64,000 nt of DNA from the human T2T-CHM13v2.0 reference genome, Homo sapiens, in assembly GCF_009914755.1 (NCBI RefSeq), contig NC_060934.1; one strand, 5' to 3'. Both the position numbers and the translations under genes were made by a program. The notes beneath the pieces were generated by a model. That model was not told where the DNA came from. It saw only the letters and a list, made by a program, of their open reading frames with translations, and did not search any database. How positions within the stretch are numbered: position 1 is the stretch's first letter; each line of letters opens with the position of its first letter. Shown here one piece after another: positions 16,441 through 29,385 of this stretch.

Positions 16441-16705
16441 TATTTTATTTATTTATGTATTTTAGAGACAGGGTCTCTCTGTCACACAGGCTGGAGTGCA
16501 GTGGTGCAATCCTAGCTTACTGCAGCCTCAAACTCCTGGGCTCAAGTGATCCTCGAGGTCGCCTCAGCCTTTTGAGTAGCTGGGACTATAGACACATATC
16601 ACACACAGCTAGGTTGTTTATTTTTTATAGAAATTGGGTCTTGCTATATTTCACAGTCTGGTCTCAAGCTCCTGGCTTTGAATGATCCTCCCACCTTGGC
16701 CTCCA
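16441..16705 (-). mobile_element. Alu (AluJ-like)
   Basis: gcagcctcaaactcctgggctcaagtgatcctc. Confidence 0.88.
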
Positions 16706-17136
16706 ATATTATATTTTAGACTTTTCTGTCTATGATCTCAAGAGAGTAGCCTAAAAGTCCCCTTTCTTGAATTATCCTCATCTGTTTGTGTATAAAGGTT
16801 ATACTAACCTACTTAGTTAGGTTAGTCTTCTCATCCAGAAAACAGAAATATATGGATATATACTCCACTTCATTACCAGGAACTGTAAATTTAAAAATTA
16901 AAATAAACCATTTTTATTCATGAGATTTGCAAATTAAAGTTTAAAAGTAGCAACATGTTGGTTAGAATGTAGAGCAATGTAAAATTTTCATATCTGCTGG
17001 TACAAATGGGAATTTTTACAAATTGGAAGAATAATTTTCCAATATTTAACAAAGTTGAAAATGTCTGTATCCTATAACTGAACACTTCTCTTCATTGGTA
17101 TATTTCCTAGAAAAAAAGTTCATACACATTCACTAG

Positions 17137-17139
<3 letters not shown>

Positions 17140-17179
<40 letters not shown>
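17140..17179. repeat. (AT)20 microsatellite
   Basis: Perfect run, flanked by GAG...CTC. Confidence 0.97.
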
Positions 17180-17182
<3 letters not shown>

Positions 17183-17485
17183 AGCATATCTTCAGAAGAA
17201 TTTTGAAATAGTAAAAAATTTAGAAGTCAAACTGCCCATCACCTGGATAATAGACCATTAAATCTGGTGTATTCAAACAATAGAATATTATATGAAAGTG
17301 AATATAAATGCATTAGTTAAATTTAACATGGCTAAATTTCAGAAACAGCGCTAAATGAAAAAATTGCATAATACAGTGTGACAACATTTATATAATTTTT
17401 TAGGTGAGAAACTTTTATTTTGGGGGAAATGGCAGATTCAGTTATTTGAATCAACTCTCTTACTGAAAATTTAAAACGCTACTAC

Positions 17486-17528
<43 letters not shown>
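17486..17528. repeat. (TATATG)n hexamer repeat
   Basis: Directly visible. Confidence 0.9.
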
Positions 17529-17529
<1 letters not shown>

Positions 17530-17951
17530 CTGTGGGTGTGTATGTTACATCCCTCTCTCTCTCTTAAAAATCTCAAAAAGTTGGCAACATACTAAGAAAA
17601 AGCCAAGTCAAAATCTAAGGGAACACGGGAACCATGAAAGTGGGCCACTGAAACTTTATTTGCTCTGAGAACATTTCTCGAGTCTGTTGAAGTAGAGCTT
17701 TGGTTTAATAGCCACCTGGGACAAGGGATATATATATAAAAGTCAATATTCAAGGACTACAATTTTTAAAAATTAAATGGCATAAACTTACAACTAAAGT
17801 ACATTAAAATAATAGTATATAAATGTTACAAAAATTATATAAAATATATACTCAAAATATATACTCAAAACTTATTACTACCTAAATATATTACTTCATT
17901 GTACTATTGCATATCCTCTTGAAATTATTTATATCAATTGTATCTGTATGG

Positions 17952-18274
17952 GGCTCAGTGCAGTGTCTCATACCTGTAATCCCAGTGTTTTGGGAGGCTG
18001 AGACTGGAGGATCTCTTGAGGCTAGGAGTTCAAGGCCAGCTTAGGCAACATAGTGAGATGCTGTCTCTATTTAAAAAATCATTTTTAATTATCTGGGCCT
18101 GGTGGCGTGCATCTGTAGTTCTAGCTATGCTTATAATCCCAGTTCTTTGTGAGGCTGGGGCAGGTGGATCACTTGAGTCCAAGAGTTTGAGGTTGAAGTA
18201 AGCTATGGTTGCACCACTACACAGCAGCCTGGGCAACAGAGCAAGACTCTGGTAAAAAAAAAAAAAAAAAAAAA
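17952..18274 (+). mobile_element. Alu (AluJ-like)
   Basis: Alu motifs and poly-A; TSD aattgtatctgtatgg / aattgtacctatatgg. Confidence 0.88.
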
Positions 18275-18365
18275 TTGTACCTATATGGTGAAAGCACTGT
18301 ATAATTGTGAGCACATCTTCTCATTTCCATGGTCAGTGGAGTCACAGTTTTCACTTGAAATTGTC

Positions 18366-19274
<909 letters not shown>

Positions 19275-20934
19275 TCGATAGATCTTTTTTAAGGAAAAGA
19301 AAAGCACCTTTAATTGACTAATATTTGCCTTTCAGTGCCTATAAAAACAGGAAAAAAAATCTGTTTCTCTCCTATTCTTTACATACTTGTAAGAAAGTTC
19401 CAAAAAAAAAAAGTTCCACTTATTTACTTACTTATTTTTCTAATCTCAGCTGTGAATTAAACCCTAGCAAAGTAATTTTTCAAACAAGTTTAGGACTTTG
19501 CCTGCAAATCAGGAACTCTAAATACAAAGAAAACATGCATTTTAAACCTTTAGACTTCACAGCTCTAGCCACAGTTCCCTTCTAAAATTCTTAGTGTAAA
19601 TGATACTAGTAAATGGTATTAGCAGGAAGGCGTAGAAGAATATGCCCCTAATAGAAAGCTAATTCACCACTCTACTCTGCCTCAGTGCTTCCATAGCTTC
19701 TAAGTAAGCTTGTGGCTCTGCTGAATTCACAAAGCTGTTGGTATCTGCAAAATGTTTTTCATTTCTTTTTCAAACTTAGAGCTTACTTTAAAGAATATGA
19801 TTCTCGTGGTAAACAGAATCAGCTGGATTGCAGTAATATTATGAGAAGATGGAGATACTGATGGAGAAAATAGCACAATCAGGAAATGTAGACAAGTATA
19901 ATGAATATACTAATGACATTTTGAGAGGTTTTGATAGAGGTCGATGTGCTTTTTAAAGTCATTATTATAAATATATTTTAGAATATCATCCTAAAATAAT
20001 AGTATACAATTTTTTACTTAGCATCTAACTGATAGCTACAAAATGAGTACACAATTCATATTGAACTGAATGTTTAGAGATGGCATTTCTTACACATCTT
20101 CCATGATCTTTTCTTCTTTAAAAGAAATCTTTAAAAAAAATAGAACTTTTTTTTTTCTGCCAGAACTCTTCAAAAAACATCAGACAGAAGAACAAAATTG
20201 GGTCTAGTTTAAAATATTGGCTATCAATAAAATGCACAACTGCCATTAACATATATGTTAACAGTTGCATATACTATGCTAGGACCTGCACTTCCAATAT
20301 GTTGTTTTATTAATTTTCCTGCTGTTCCTTTTCTCCTTGTGCATCATGTTGACTCAAATGAAGTGAAACTGTTAAATAGTACATTATAACTATTGTTTTG
20401 CATAAACTATTGAATGTTTTTATCTTCCTTTTGAAAATGTAAATCTGAGATTAATATTTTTATTATCCAAATTAATTAAAAAAGCATATTCTGTTATATT
20501 TTCATTCTCCCTGAATAGTTACATTGTTTGAGCTTTCTTAATATTTGTTTAGCCTAGCATTTCCCTATAACATTATATATTAACATACTAATCTGGAGAC
20601 CCAGACATTTTTATCCAGCAATGCAATATAGAGCCTTTGAACTTCAACCAAACTAAAACATTTAATAAGAACCTAAGTTTCGCACCCCAGCTCCCTTTTA
20701 TTTTTTAAGTATATGGTGGTGACAGTACCAGACCTTATTATTTTAATTCTACCATGTGTAGATTTAATTTTTCAACAAAACATTATGTGGAATATTAAGA
20801 AGGACAAAATATATTTGGCTTTAGAGAGTTTGCAGCATAGGGAGTTATGAAAATACACAAGTAATTGGACCTAGAAAATAAATATAACTACAGGATTAAT
20901 ACATACTTTTCCCTACTAAGAACTTCTACGGAAA

Positions 20935-21600
20935 TTCCACCAGGAGGCAGCAGAAGAGCGGGTTTCTCCCACCTCCCCCCGGACGCCGGAGACACCGCGG
21001 AGCCTGATGTCCCTCAGAGCTTTAATCTTCCCCTCAGTCGCCTTTCCCCTCACCCGCCTCTAATTAAGTCAGAAAGGCCCTGTATTTATTTGCCCATGAA
21101 CTGACACAGCAAACCAACAGCAGCCATTGTAGTGTGAATGGATTTGCGACCAGGCAAGGGGCTTCAGCCGGGATTACCCGCCCCGCAGCCGGATGAATGT
21201 GCTGAGCACAAAGTCTGCTCAAAGCCGAGCAAACGGACTATTTGTGAAAATGCCATCCTGGCTCAAGTCTGATTAAGACCGGGGGTCCCCAGGCCGTTTG
21301 ATCTTCGCTCATCAAAGAGAGTCTTTAAACAAGCTTCATTTTACACTACTGTATGCTAGCGACGGGTTGTGACACCCAAGTGCAGCCACCGTGAGCACCC
21401 GGCACTGGGAGCGCGTGAACAATAATGGGGGATTCGCCGTGCTGCGCCGTGCAGGGCGCGGGGCCTGCGCGCTGGGAAACGCGCCCGCACTGGAGGCAGG
21501 GCCGTTGCGGAAGGACTCAGGCTTGGGAGCCCCTAGGTTGGCCAGCCAGGTAGTTCCCTGACGTGACTCCTGCCACGGACTCCTAGACTCCTCTGAAAAT
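20935..21600. promoter_or_regulatory. Orphan CpG-rich element; candidate DKK1 upstream enhancer
   Basis: High CpG density in an AT-rich background, no repeat recognised; ATCAAAG 21311-21317, AACAAT 21418-21423, TAATTA 21061-21066. Confidence 0.65.
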
Positions 21601-21884
21601 TATTTTACTTTTGTAACTTAAGGGTGATGAAGAATCCTTACACGAGTTAATTATACATCCCTCCTGCTCTTCCCCGCCAAAAGTTAATAGTTCTATTTAA
21701 TAGCCTACATCTTCCACTCTTCAGCATTTCTAAGACTGGGTGTCAAGACTAAAGTGTTTTTAAGGTCCTACTTTCTACTTTTCACCTTAAGGTCCTTTAC
21801 AATTCACCAGTTGGAGAACTGGTGATAGCTGAAAACATCAGCTTTAAATATTACAACCAATTTTGTGATGGGAAAACAACCTCC

Positions 21885-21918
21885 ACACACACACACATAC
21901 ACACACACACACACACAC
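21885..21918. repeat. Interrupted (CA)n microsatellite
   Basis: Directly visible. Confidence 0.92.
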
Positions 21919-23152
21919 TTTTTAAAAAGTCGCCTGGTCCAAGTAATTCACCTTATTTCCAGGCACTTAATACTTACATGCTAGTCTCTTCAAAATCGAC
22001 ATGCTCAGTATCAGTGTCAATGATTATTACTTGATCTTTAGGCTGCATAAAAGAACAGACTCCTTGCAGGATGTTCTTATTTAACCTGAGTACAAAAGGC
22101 CTTCTCTTGGCAGTGCTGAAAGAAAAAGAAAAGAAAGAGAGAGAGAAAGAAAGGGAGACTTTTGTAGTGAAAAGGAACCTCTCCATCTCCCCTGCATCCC
22201 ATTTTATAAAGAAAAGCCAGTACCACACCAAGAGTTAAATGGCTTTCCCATATTTAGGAGCCAGATTATGGCTGACACCCTATACAGAGTACCATCCCTA
22301 GCCTCTTAACTCCTTGGCACGATGCCTTTCTTGGCCATACCCTGGGAGAAGATCTGTCTTATAAAGGAGGTAATAATAGGAACCCAGTGACATGGAAGAA
22401 AATTGTTTTTCTGTAGATGCGGAGACTGTGTCATGGGATCCTACATCTTGCTTTCTGCAGACACTGGCCTATCCTTAGGGTTGGAGATGTTAAATCCTTT
22501 GGGGACTCAAAGAGGACATTGCACTCCCTATACCCACCACCACAGACCTTTCTGAGTGTCAGGACCTCAGAAAGGATGCAGGCAGATATCTATCTGGTTA
22601 GGCACTATCTTCACTGGGTTTAGAGGCTGGAACCCAGCCTCTACTCTCAGATTAGCTTTTAATGTCTTACTCCAGTAAAACACATCTTCTGAGCTTGGTT
22701 AGAAAGCTACCACGGAGCCTGATTTATCTGGGCTGGCCATCTCCACCGCCCAAATAAATGTAATCACGGTCAAATCTTGCCCTCTGTTTGTACTGGGGAG
22801 TGCAGAAAATCCAGCTCTCAGGGGAGTCATAACATGGACCAGGTCTAAAAGTTCTTTTAACATCATGAAGAACATTAAGACCAAACTGTTTTAAAAGTCA
22901 ATGAGAAAGTCATATCATTTTTTACAAAACATCAGGAATGAGGAATCCCTGCTATACTCAAGATTGACACTAACAAAAATGTTGGCAACACCCACCGTAA
23001 GGAATGATATGTATGCGGTATTTTCCTAGCAAAGTAAAATTATATGGCAACAAATCTGCTTCTTTTGATTTAATGAAGAGAAAGAAGGAAAGAAGGGAAG
23101 GAGGGAGAGAAAAAAGAAAAGAGGAAAGAAGGGAATTTAAAATACAGCAGTA

Positions 23153-23470
23153 GACTGGGCGCGGTGTCTCACTCCTGTAATCCCAGCACTTTGGGAGGCC
23201 AAGGTGGGAGGATCACTTGAGCCTAAGAGTTTAAGACCAGCTCTGGCTAGCAACATAGTGAGACCCTGTTTCTACAAAAAAATTAAAAATTAGCCAGGTG
23301 TGGTGGCATGCAGCTGTAGTCCCAGCTACTTGGGGGTGAGGTGGAAGAACCGCTTGAGCCTGGGAGGTCAAGGCTGCAGTTAACCACGATTGCACCACTG
23401 TGCTCCAGCCTGAGCGACAGAATGAGATCCTGTCTCAAAAAATATATAAAAATATATAAAATAAAAAAAA
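23153..23470 (+). mobile_element. Alu (AluJ-like)
   Basis: Full Alu; TSD aaaatacagcagt / aaaatcagcagt. Confidence 0.92.
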
Positions 23471-24721
23471 TCAGCAGTCACAAATAATAGAGATGGAAAA
23501 ATAGTTGGTGAATAGCATGGAGTGTTTTGGAGTATATTTGTCTGTCTCCCTCATGGATGAAAAGGTTGAGAAATATTCTATGCATGGCATCCAGCACTTA
23601 AAATATAAAGAAGACATGTGTTAGCATGCTGTTCCCGAGTTATGAGGTTCAATTCCACGCTGATAAGCATATTTCACCTATTCAAAAATATAATACAAAA
23701 TATTAAATTTGTTACATTAATTATGATCATATTTATACCAGACTGAATAGGAGGCAGGGTTCCCTACAGGACTAAATAAACTCAGTTTAATAAACTAAAT
23801 TCATCTACTCTGGCTCCCACCTCCTCTGTCACCCAGCTGTAAGAGAGACTCAGACAATCACCAGAACCCTCTCTCCTTCCTAAGACATGTTGGTCACAGT
23901 TCCTGCACATTTTTCTTGCTCTCCATGACCTAGTATCTGCCAAAATATAATCGATGTTGGAAAAATTTTTACCCCCAGCCCCATGTAAGTATGTTGTATT
24001 TCCCCAACTAGTCACAGACTGAAAGCTGAGGACAAGAAGCCTGCCTTTCATATTGTGAGATATGCTCCCAATAATGGATACTCACCGAATATTAACTGGC
24101 TGCTGATGGAACAATGAGTTTTACTATACCTCTTTATCTACCTTGCACTCTTGTTGCCAATGAACAAACCACATCCTGGAAAGGATTTTCAAATGGAGAA
24201 AAAGTACTGAAAAAATAAATTTCCTCATTTGGAACAAAGGTTTGATTTGCTATGTACTTAGCCCTCTCTGAGGACCACCCATGTAATTTCTCCCCTGAAT
24301 AATTTGTGAGGTTACCTCTCCTCTGCCCACTAAATGATTTGAAGGTAGATTATATGTGAACTCATCTTTTATCACACAATATCATGTATAATGCTTAGCA
24401 CAAAGTAGGAACTCAGATATTGACCAACTCATTATTAGTTTTAAACTCATGACAACTTCAGGAGCAATGTGAAAGCTGAGGAAGGAGGTAGAAGCTAGCC
24501 CATTCTTGAAACTCTATGCTTGGTTTAGCTCTCCTAGCTCAATACCACAGATTCTGTCCAGACTCAGTGAATATTGAAACATAATAGACAAATGATATGT
24601 GTTCAGAGATCAAGGTTGAATTTATGCAACAAGCTTCTTTGTTATAACAGAATTTTCCTTTTGTTGATTAAATTGTTCCACTTTCTCTTCTTTTGCCCCA
24701 GGCAATGGATTTTTTTTGTGA

Positions 24722-24747
24722 AGCCAAGCTTTTAATGAACCAAGTTC
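24722..24747. promoter_or_regulatory. p53 response element ~2.1 kb upstream of DKK1
   Basis: AGCCAAGCTT-ttaatg-AACCAAGTTC: two RRRCWWGYYY half-sites with 1 mismatch each. DKK1 is a known p53 target with an element at about this distance. Confidence 0.7.
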
Positions 24748-25734
24748 ATTAAATGTATTAATCATATACTATCTCTTCAGAAAAAAAGGCAAGAGATTGG
24801 CCTTTAGTGTGGCACAAATATATTTCTAGATTCAAAATATTTAAACAGGTTAATAGGACTAAAAAGAAACATTTTCAACCTTCTGATTGGCAGGCGGATT
24901 TTTCTCTACGTTTCAAAGTCATTCAAACTTAACACAGCTTGCAGATTTCCTAGTACACTGAAGGTGCTTAACGCATTGATTCCTGACAGGATAATTTCCT
25001 GGACAGATGGAATTTGGGATGGGAAGGACACTAATATAACTAGGGTACCATTCAAGAATTGTTTAGATGATCTTCTTAATATTACCTTTGAAACTGAAGG
25101 AACTAGAACACAGACCATAGTAAATTGTGTTTTAATTACTCCTTCTCCCAGTAAACTTTAGGATTTTTTTACTTTAAGATTGTCACTGGCTTTACTTGGT
25201 GGTGGCCCCAGTTCTGACTATAGTAGGTCAGCATGTGGAGTCATTATAGACAGCCTAAATCTATACAGCTTAGAGGAAGACAAAATAAATATATCTTACT
25301 CTTTTTTAATTCAATAGTGATTATTCAATCATCTCTCCCTTTTCCAAACTCACAAAACAGTTGCTTATTTTCTGACACTTATAATATCAACCTGTTTTTA
25401 AAAGAATTATGTATGCTTTTATATTTATTGCTATAATTTTATTGTTACTACATCTTTTATTATTACTGTAATTAGAATAAAGAGAACTTTATTATTTAAA
25501 ATGAGAGCTGTGTCTCATAAATATTTGTATTCACTGTGCCCCTCCCCCCACCACCCATCTCACCAAAAAATTTAAAAAATAAAAATAAGGTAACAACCCA
25601 GAGGGCAGCCCAATGCCAGGGCTCTAGGCTTCCAATAAGTTTTTGTTGAATTAAATAGATCATTTCCCATTTATAAGCATGACATCATTCTTATACACCA
25701 GCCTTACTTTATTATATCCACACACCAATTTCAA

Positions 25735-25742
25735 TGACGTCA
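25735..25742. promoter_or_regulatory. Perfect CRE (TGACGTCA)
   Basis: Palindrome with intact CpG ~1.1 kb upstream of the TSS. Confidence 0.55.
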
Positions 25743-26828
25743 AATTCACTTTCTAATTCACTTTCAGCTCTTCTTCTCCTCAAGGTTGTTTCTTTTCTCC
25801 CTAGAAAGGGTATTGCGTGGTCCCGTGCAAGGTAAGACTTGGGAGCAAACCCTGCATTCGGAAGCGTTGCGATGTGATATACTAATGAGGAAGTCAGGCG
25901 CTAAGCCCTAAGGGTTTCTTATTTCTCCACATTAGCCCACCACTGAGAAGGGAGAACCGGGGAAAGGCGACTGACCTGGCACGTTGGACCCTGTCCGCTT
26001 TGGTCCCGGCCACTTTGATCTCACGCGTCTGCCTAATCAAGTTCATCTACCGCCGCGATTGCCCTGATTCAAAGAACAACATTAAATGGTTTGATTATCG
26101 GATGGTCATTTCCCTCTTCCCTCCACCCCTGATCTAATTTCTAAACGCCAGTCTCTCGCCTCCCTCTCTAAACTTCCCATCAAAAGAGAATTAGCTCTTC
26201 TTCCTTCTTACCCTCGTTTGATGTGCAAATTTCCTTCTCTTTGCACATTTTTCTCGCAGTGGCGGGGGGAGGTGGGGGAGGAGGGCAACTGAAGGACCTC
26301 AAAGCCGGGGATCTAACTCAGATCTGCAAACTGCGACTCTAAAGGGTTAATGAGCAACTTGCACCCGCCACCTGGCCCTCTCAGAGGCGTCTTGCTAGAG
26401 CCATTGAATTACAGACCGGTTTGTATTTAATACTGAATATGACTTGTGTGCACAGTCAGCGAGTATTGGCATAAAGGAGAGGGGCAAAAAGTGCTTTTGC
26501 AGAGCCTATCACCCCTCGGCTCTGTAAAGTATTTCAGATCCGGATAATTCAACCCTTACTGCCAGGCAAGGGCACCCAAGTTCCCAGAGTTCCTGCTGCC
26601 GCCTGCATTTATTAAAGTCGTCTGCTATAACGCTCGCTGGTAGCCTTCACCCCGAAGGTGAGCCGGGCCAGCCGAGCGACTAAGCAAGGGAGGGGCGGGG
26701 TGAAGAGTGTCAAAGGCCCCCCTTCATGTACACAAACACACCCCCTCCCAGCCCCTCCCAGCGCTTTGAAATCCCATCCCGGCTTTGTTGTCTCCCTCCC
26801 AAGGGGCCGGAATGCTCCGGGCCCGCGG

Positions 26829-26834
26829 TATAAA
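26829..26834 (+). promoter_or_regulatory. DKK1: DKK1 TATA box (TSS ~26860)
   Basis: TATAAA ~30 bp upstream of the start of the DKK1 5'UTR (gcagagctctgtgc...). Confidence 0.9.
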
Positions 26835-27012
26835 GGCAGCCGCGGTGGCGGTGGCGGCGCAGAGCTCTGTGCTCCCTGCAGTCAGGACTCTGGGACCGCA
26901 GGGGGCTCCCGGACCCTGACTCTGCAGCCGAACCGGCACGGTTTCGTGGGGACCCAGGCTTGCAAAGTGACGGTCATTTTCTCTTTCTTTCTCCCTCTTG
27001 AGTCCTTCTGAG

Positions 27013-27255
27013 ATGATGGCTCTGGGCGCAGCGGGAGCTACCCGGGTCTTTGTCGCGATGGTAGCGGCGGCTCTCGGCGGCCACCCTCTGCTGGGAGTGA
27101 GCGCCACCTTGAACTCGGTTCTCAATTCCAACGCTATCAAGAACCTGCCCCCACCGCTGGGCGGCGCTGCGGGGCACCCAGGCTCTGCAGTCAGCGCCGC
27201 GCCGGGAATCCTGTACCCGGGCGGGAATAAGTACCAGACCATTGACAACTACCAG
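27013..27255 (+). CDS. DKK1: DKK1 exon 1 coding part (signal peptide, NAIK LRP6-binding motif): MMALGAAG...DNYQ
   Basis: ATG at 27013; CAG|gtgaga donor; 81 codons. Confidence 0.99.
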
Positions 27256-27500
27256 GTGAGAGGGGTCGGGCACTCAGAGGATGCTCTGACCTTGAAAGGG
27301 TCCTATCTGGAGACGAGGGAGTAGAACGTGCTGAATGTGTGCGGTTCAGGGAGCATTTGGTAACCCTGCATTTGGGAGCAGTGGGCAGTAACAGGTTTTG
27401 GAGAGGTGGACAGATAAGGACTGTGATCAGCGCCCGGGTCCAAGAGGGCGGGTACCTGGACGTCTGGGTGCCTCACCCTCTCCCCGAACCCTTCCCACAG

Positions 27501-27663
27501 CCGTACCCGTGCGCAGAGGACGAGGAGTGCGGCACTGATGAGTACTGCGCTAGTCCCACCCGCGGAGGGGACGCAGGCGTGCAAATCTGTCTCGCCTGCA
27601 GGAAGCGCCGAAAACGCTGCATGCGTCACGCTATGTGCTGCCCCGGGAATTACTGCAAAAATG
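27501..27663 (+). CDS. DKK1: DKK1 exon 2 (cysteine-rich domain 1)
   Basis: ccacag| acceptor, G|gtgagt donor; PYPCAEDEEC...CCPGNYCKN; 163 nt. Confidence 0.99.
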
Positions 27664-28872
27664 GTGAGTCCTGAAAGCTCCCTTTCACACTAAAACTGTC
27701 CAGCCTTTGAGCGTCTATGAATTGGGCGGGGGCGGGGGGTTGGGGGGGGTGGGGGGAGAAATCTCCGCCCTGAGAACACTGCGGCGCCACCTGCAAATGG
27801 GTGTTCAGCATGCAGGATTCCGCTGAAGTATCTTCATTGCAAGTGTTTAATCGGGAAGAAGAGAGAAGTTGGGAGGTCTCTGAGGTCCTTATCTTCCTCC
27901 GTGTCCCTCAATGATTCAATACAACGGTTCACCTCGTAGTGGACTCTTCCATAAAAATTTGTCTGGGGAGAACCTTGAGGTCAATTGAGAAGGGGGATGA
28001 TGAGGAGGACGATGGGATCATACAGATATCAAAGAAACCAGCTTTGGCGTTCAGCTGTCCTTTTCATTTTTCTTATTGTGATTCTCACAGTTTTGCCAGA
28101 CTGGCCTCGCCTTCTGATTTTTGCTGAAACTGTTGTCAGCCAGAGGACTGATTTATCTGCATTGGCCATTTTTAAGAGAGATCTTGGTACCCTCACAACT
28201 TGACTTCTCCATCCTTCCCCCTCCCTCTACCCTCTGCTGCCTTAATATAAGTACTCCTCCCCCCAACCACAGATCCACTAACTTTTAATTTTTCAAAAGG
28301 TGGATTTAGACAGCTAAAGAGGTCTCCAGAAATAAGCTAACAGGGCGACGACCCTCCTTAGGACCCAGCAGTACTCCAGGATGAACTAAGTAAATCTCTG
28401 TAATATAGAAATTACACAGTAAAGTAACTGGCCGGTGAGATTGCAATGTTCCAGGCAGCTGGAATTGCATTTGCTTAACTTAGTCTGGTAGGACCCATAT
28501 AGCACCAGGGGCAGAGAAGTTATTTTTAAGAACATTTTTAAAGTGACTGAGTTTCTTTTTCTTACCCCAAAGGTAATATTAAAATGGGCAGAAATCTCAC
28601 TTGCCCCTACCACAGTTGGTGGGAAAGTATTTTAAATGGCTATACTGGGGATATTACCTATGACTGACTGTATACAGTATACACATTGGTGCTTCTGTCC
28701 ATCTGGAGAGTTTTGCATTAACAGTAAAGAGGAAGTTTGGCTTGTGTTTAAAATGATGTCACTGCAATGAAGTATCTCAAGTTGATGCTGGCATAACAGA
28801 CTGCCACTGTCACAGCTGTTAGCAGTAATGCATTACAACCCTGAAGTTAATCACTATTTCCTGCTTCCTTAG

Positions 28873-29013
28873 GAATATGTGTGTCTTCTGATCAAAATCA
28901 TTTCCGAGGAGAAATTGAGGAAACCATCACTGAAAGCTTTGGTAATGATCATAGCACCTTGGATGGGTATTCCAGAAGAACCACCTTGTCTTCAAAAATG
29001 TATCACACCAAAG
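28873..29013 (+). CDS. DKK1: DKK1 exon 3 (end of CRD1 and linker): GICVSSDQNHFRGEIEETITESFGNDHSTLDGYSRRTTLSSKMYHTK
   Basis: ccttag| acceptor, G|gtaagg donor; 141 nt. Confidence 0.99.
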
Positions 29014-29131
29014 GTAAGGATGTTAAGACTCATTCTTAGCACATCAGAAGTGTCTTTTGAATTATTTTAGTGAAACGATGCAGGTTTAACAGTAACTATG
29101 TACTTTTTTCCTACTGTCTTCTCCTTCGTAG

Positions 29132-29385
29132 GACAAGAAGGTTCTGTTTGTCTCCGGTCATCAGACTGTGCCTCAGGATTGTGTTGTGCTAGACACTTCT
29201 GGTCCAAGATCTGTAAACCTGTCCTGAAAGAAGGTCAAGTGTGTACCAAGCATAGGAGAAAAGGCTCTCATGGACTAGAAATATTCCAGCGTTGTTACTG
29301 TGGAGAAGGTCTGTCTTGCCGGATACAGAAAGATCACCATCAAGCCAGTAATTCTTCTAGGCTTCACACTTGTCAGAGACACTAA
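29132..29385 (+). CDS. DKK1: DKK1 exon 4 coding part (colipase-fold CRD2): [13 protein letters not shown]...TCQRH*
   Basis: tcgtag| acceptor; the four exons sum to 801 nt = 266 aa + stop. Confidence 0.99.

Larger units (their letters stand above)
25800..27830. promoter_or_regulatory. DKK1: DKK1 promoter and CpG island with TCF/LEF sites
   Basis: CTTTGWW matches at 26013-26019, 26068-26074 (reverse), 26764-26770 and 26783-26789; GC box GGGGCGGGG at ~26692; TEAD-like GGAATG 26809-26814. DKK1 is a known beta-catenin/TCF feedback target. Confidence 0.88.

Noticed and set aside
26724-27629. 174-aa, 99-aa and 108-aa ORFs antisense to DKK1 exons 1-2
   Set aside because: GC-rich shadow ORFs with no recognisable domain
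26658-27674. ORF-track extensions of DKK1 (upstream non-ATG starts, read-through into intron 1)
   Set aside because: Canonical splice sites give the exact 266-aa protein; intron 1 (245 nt) has an in-frame stop
27782-27800. CTCF-like GCGCCACCTGC in DKK1 intron 2
   Set aside because: The 3' part of the motif (TGG) is mismatched; cannot be supported without ChIP data
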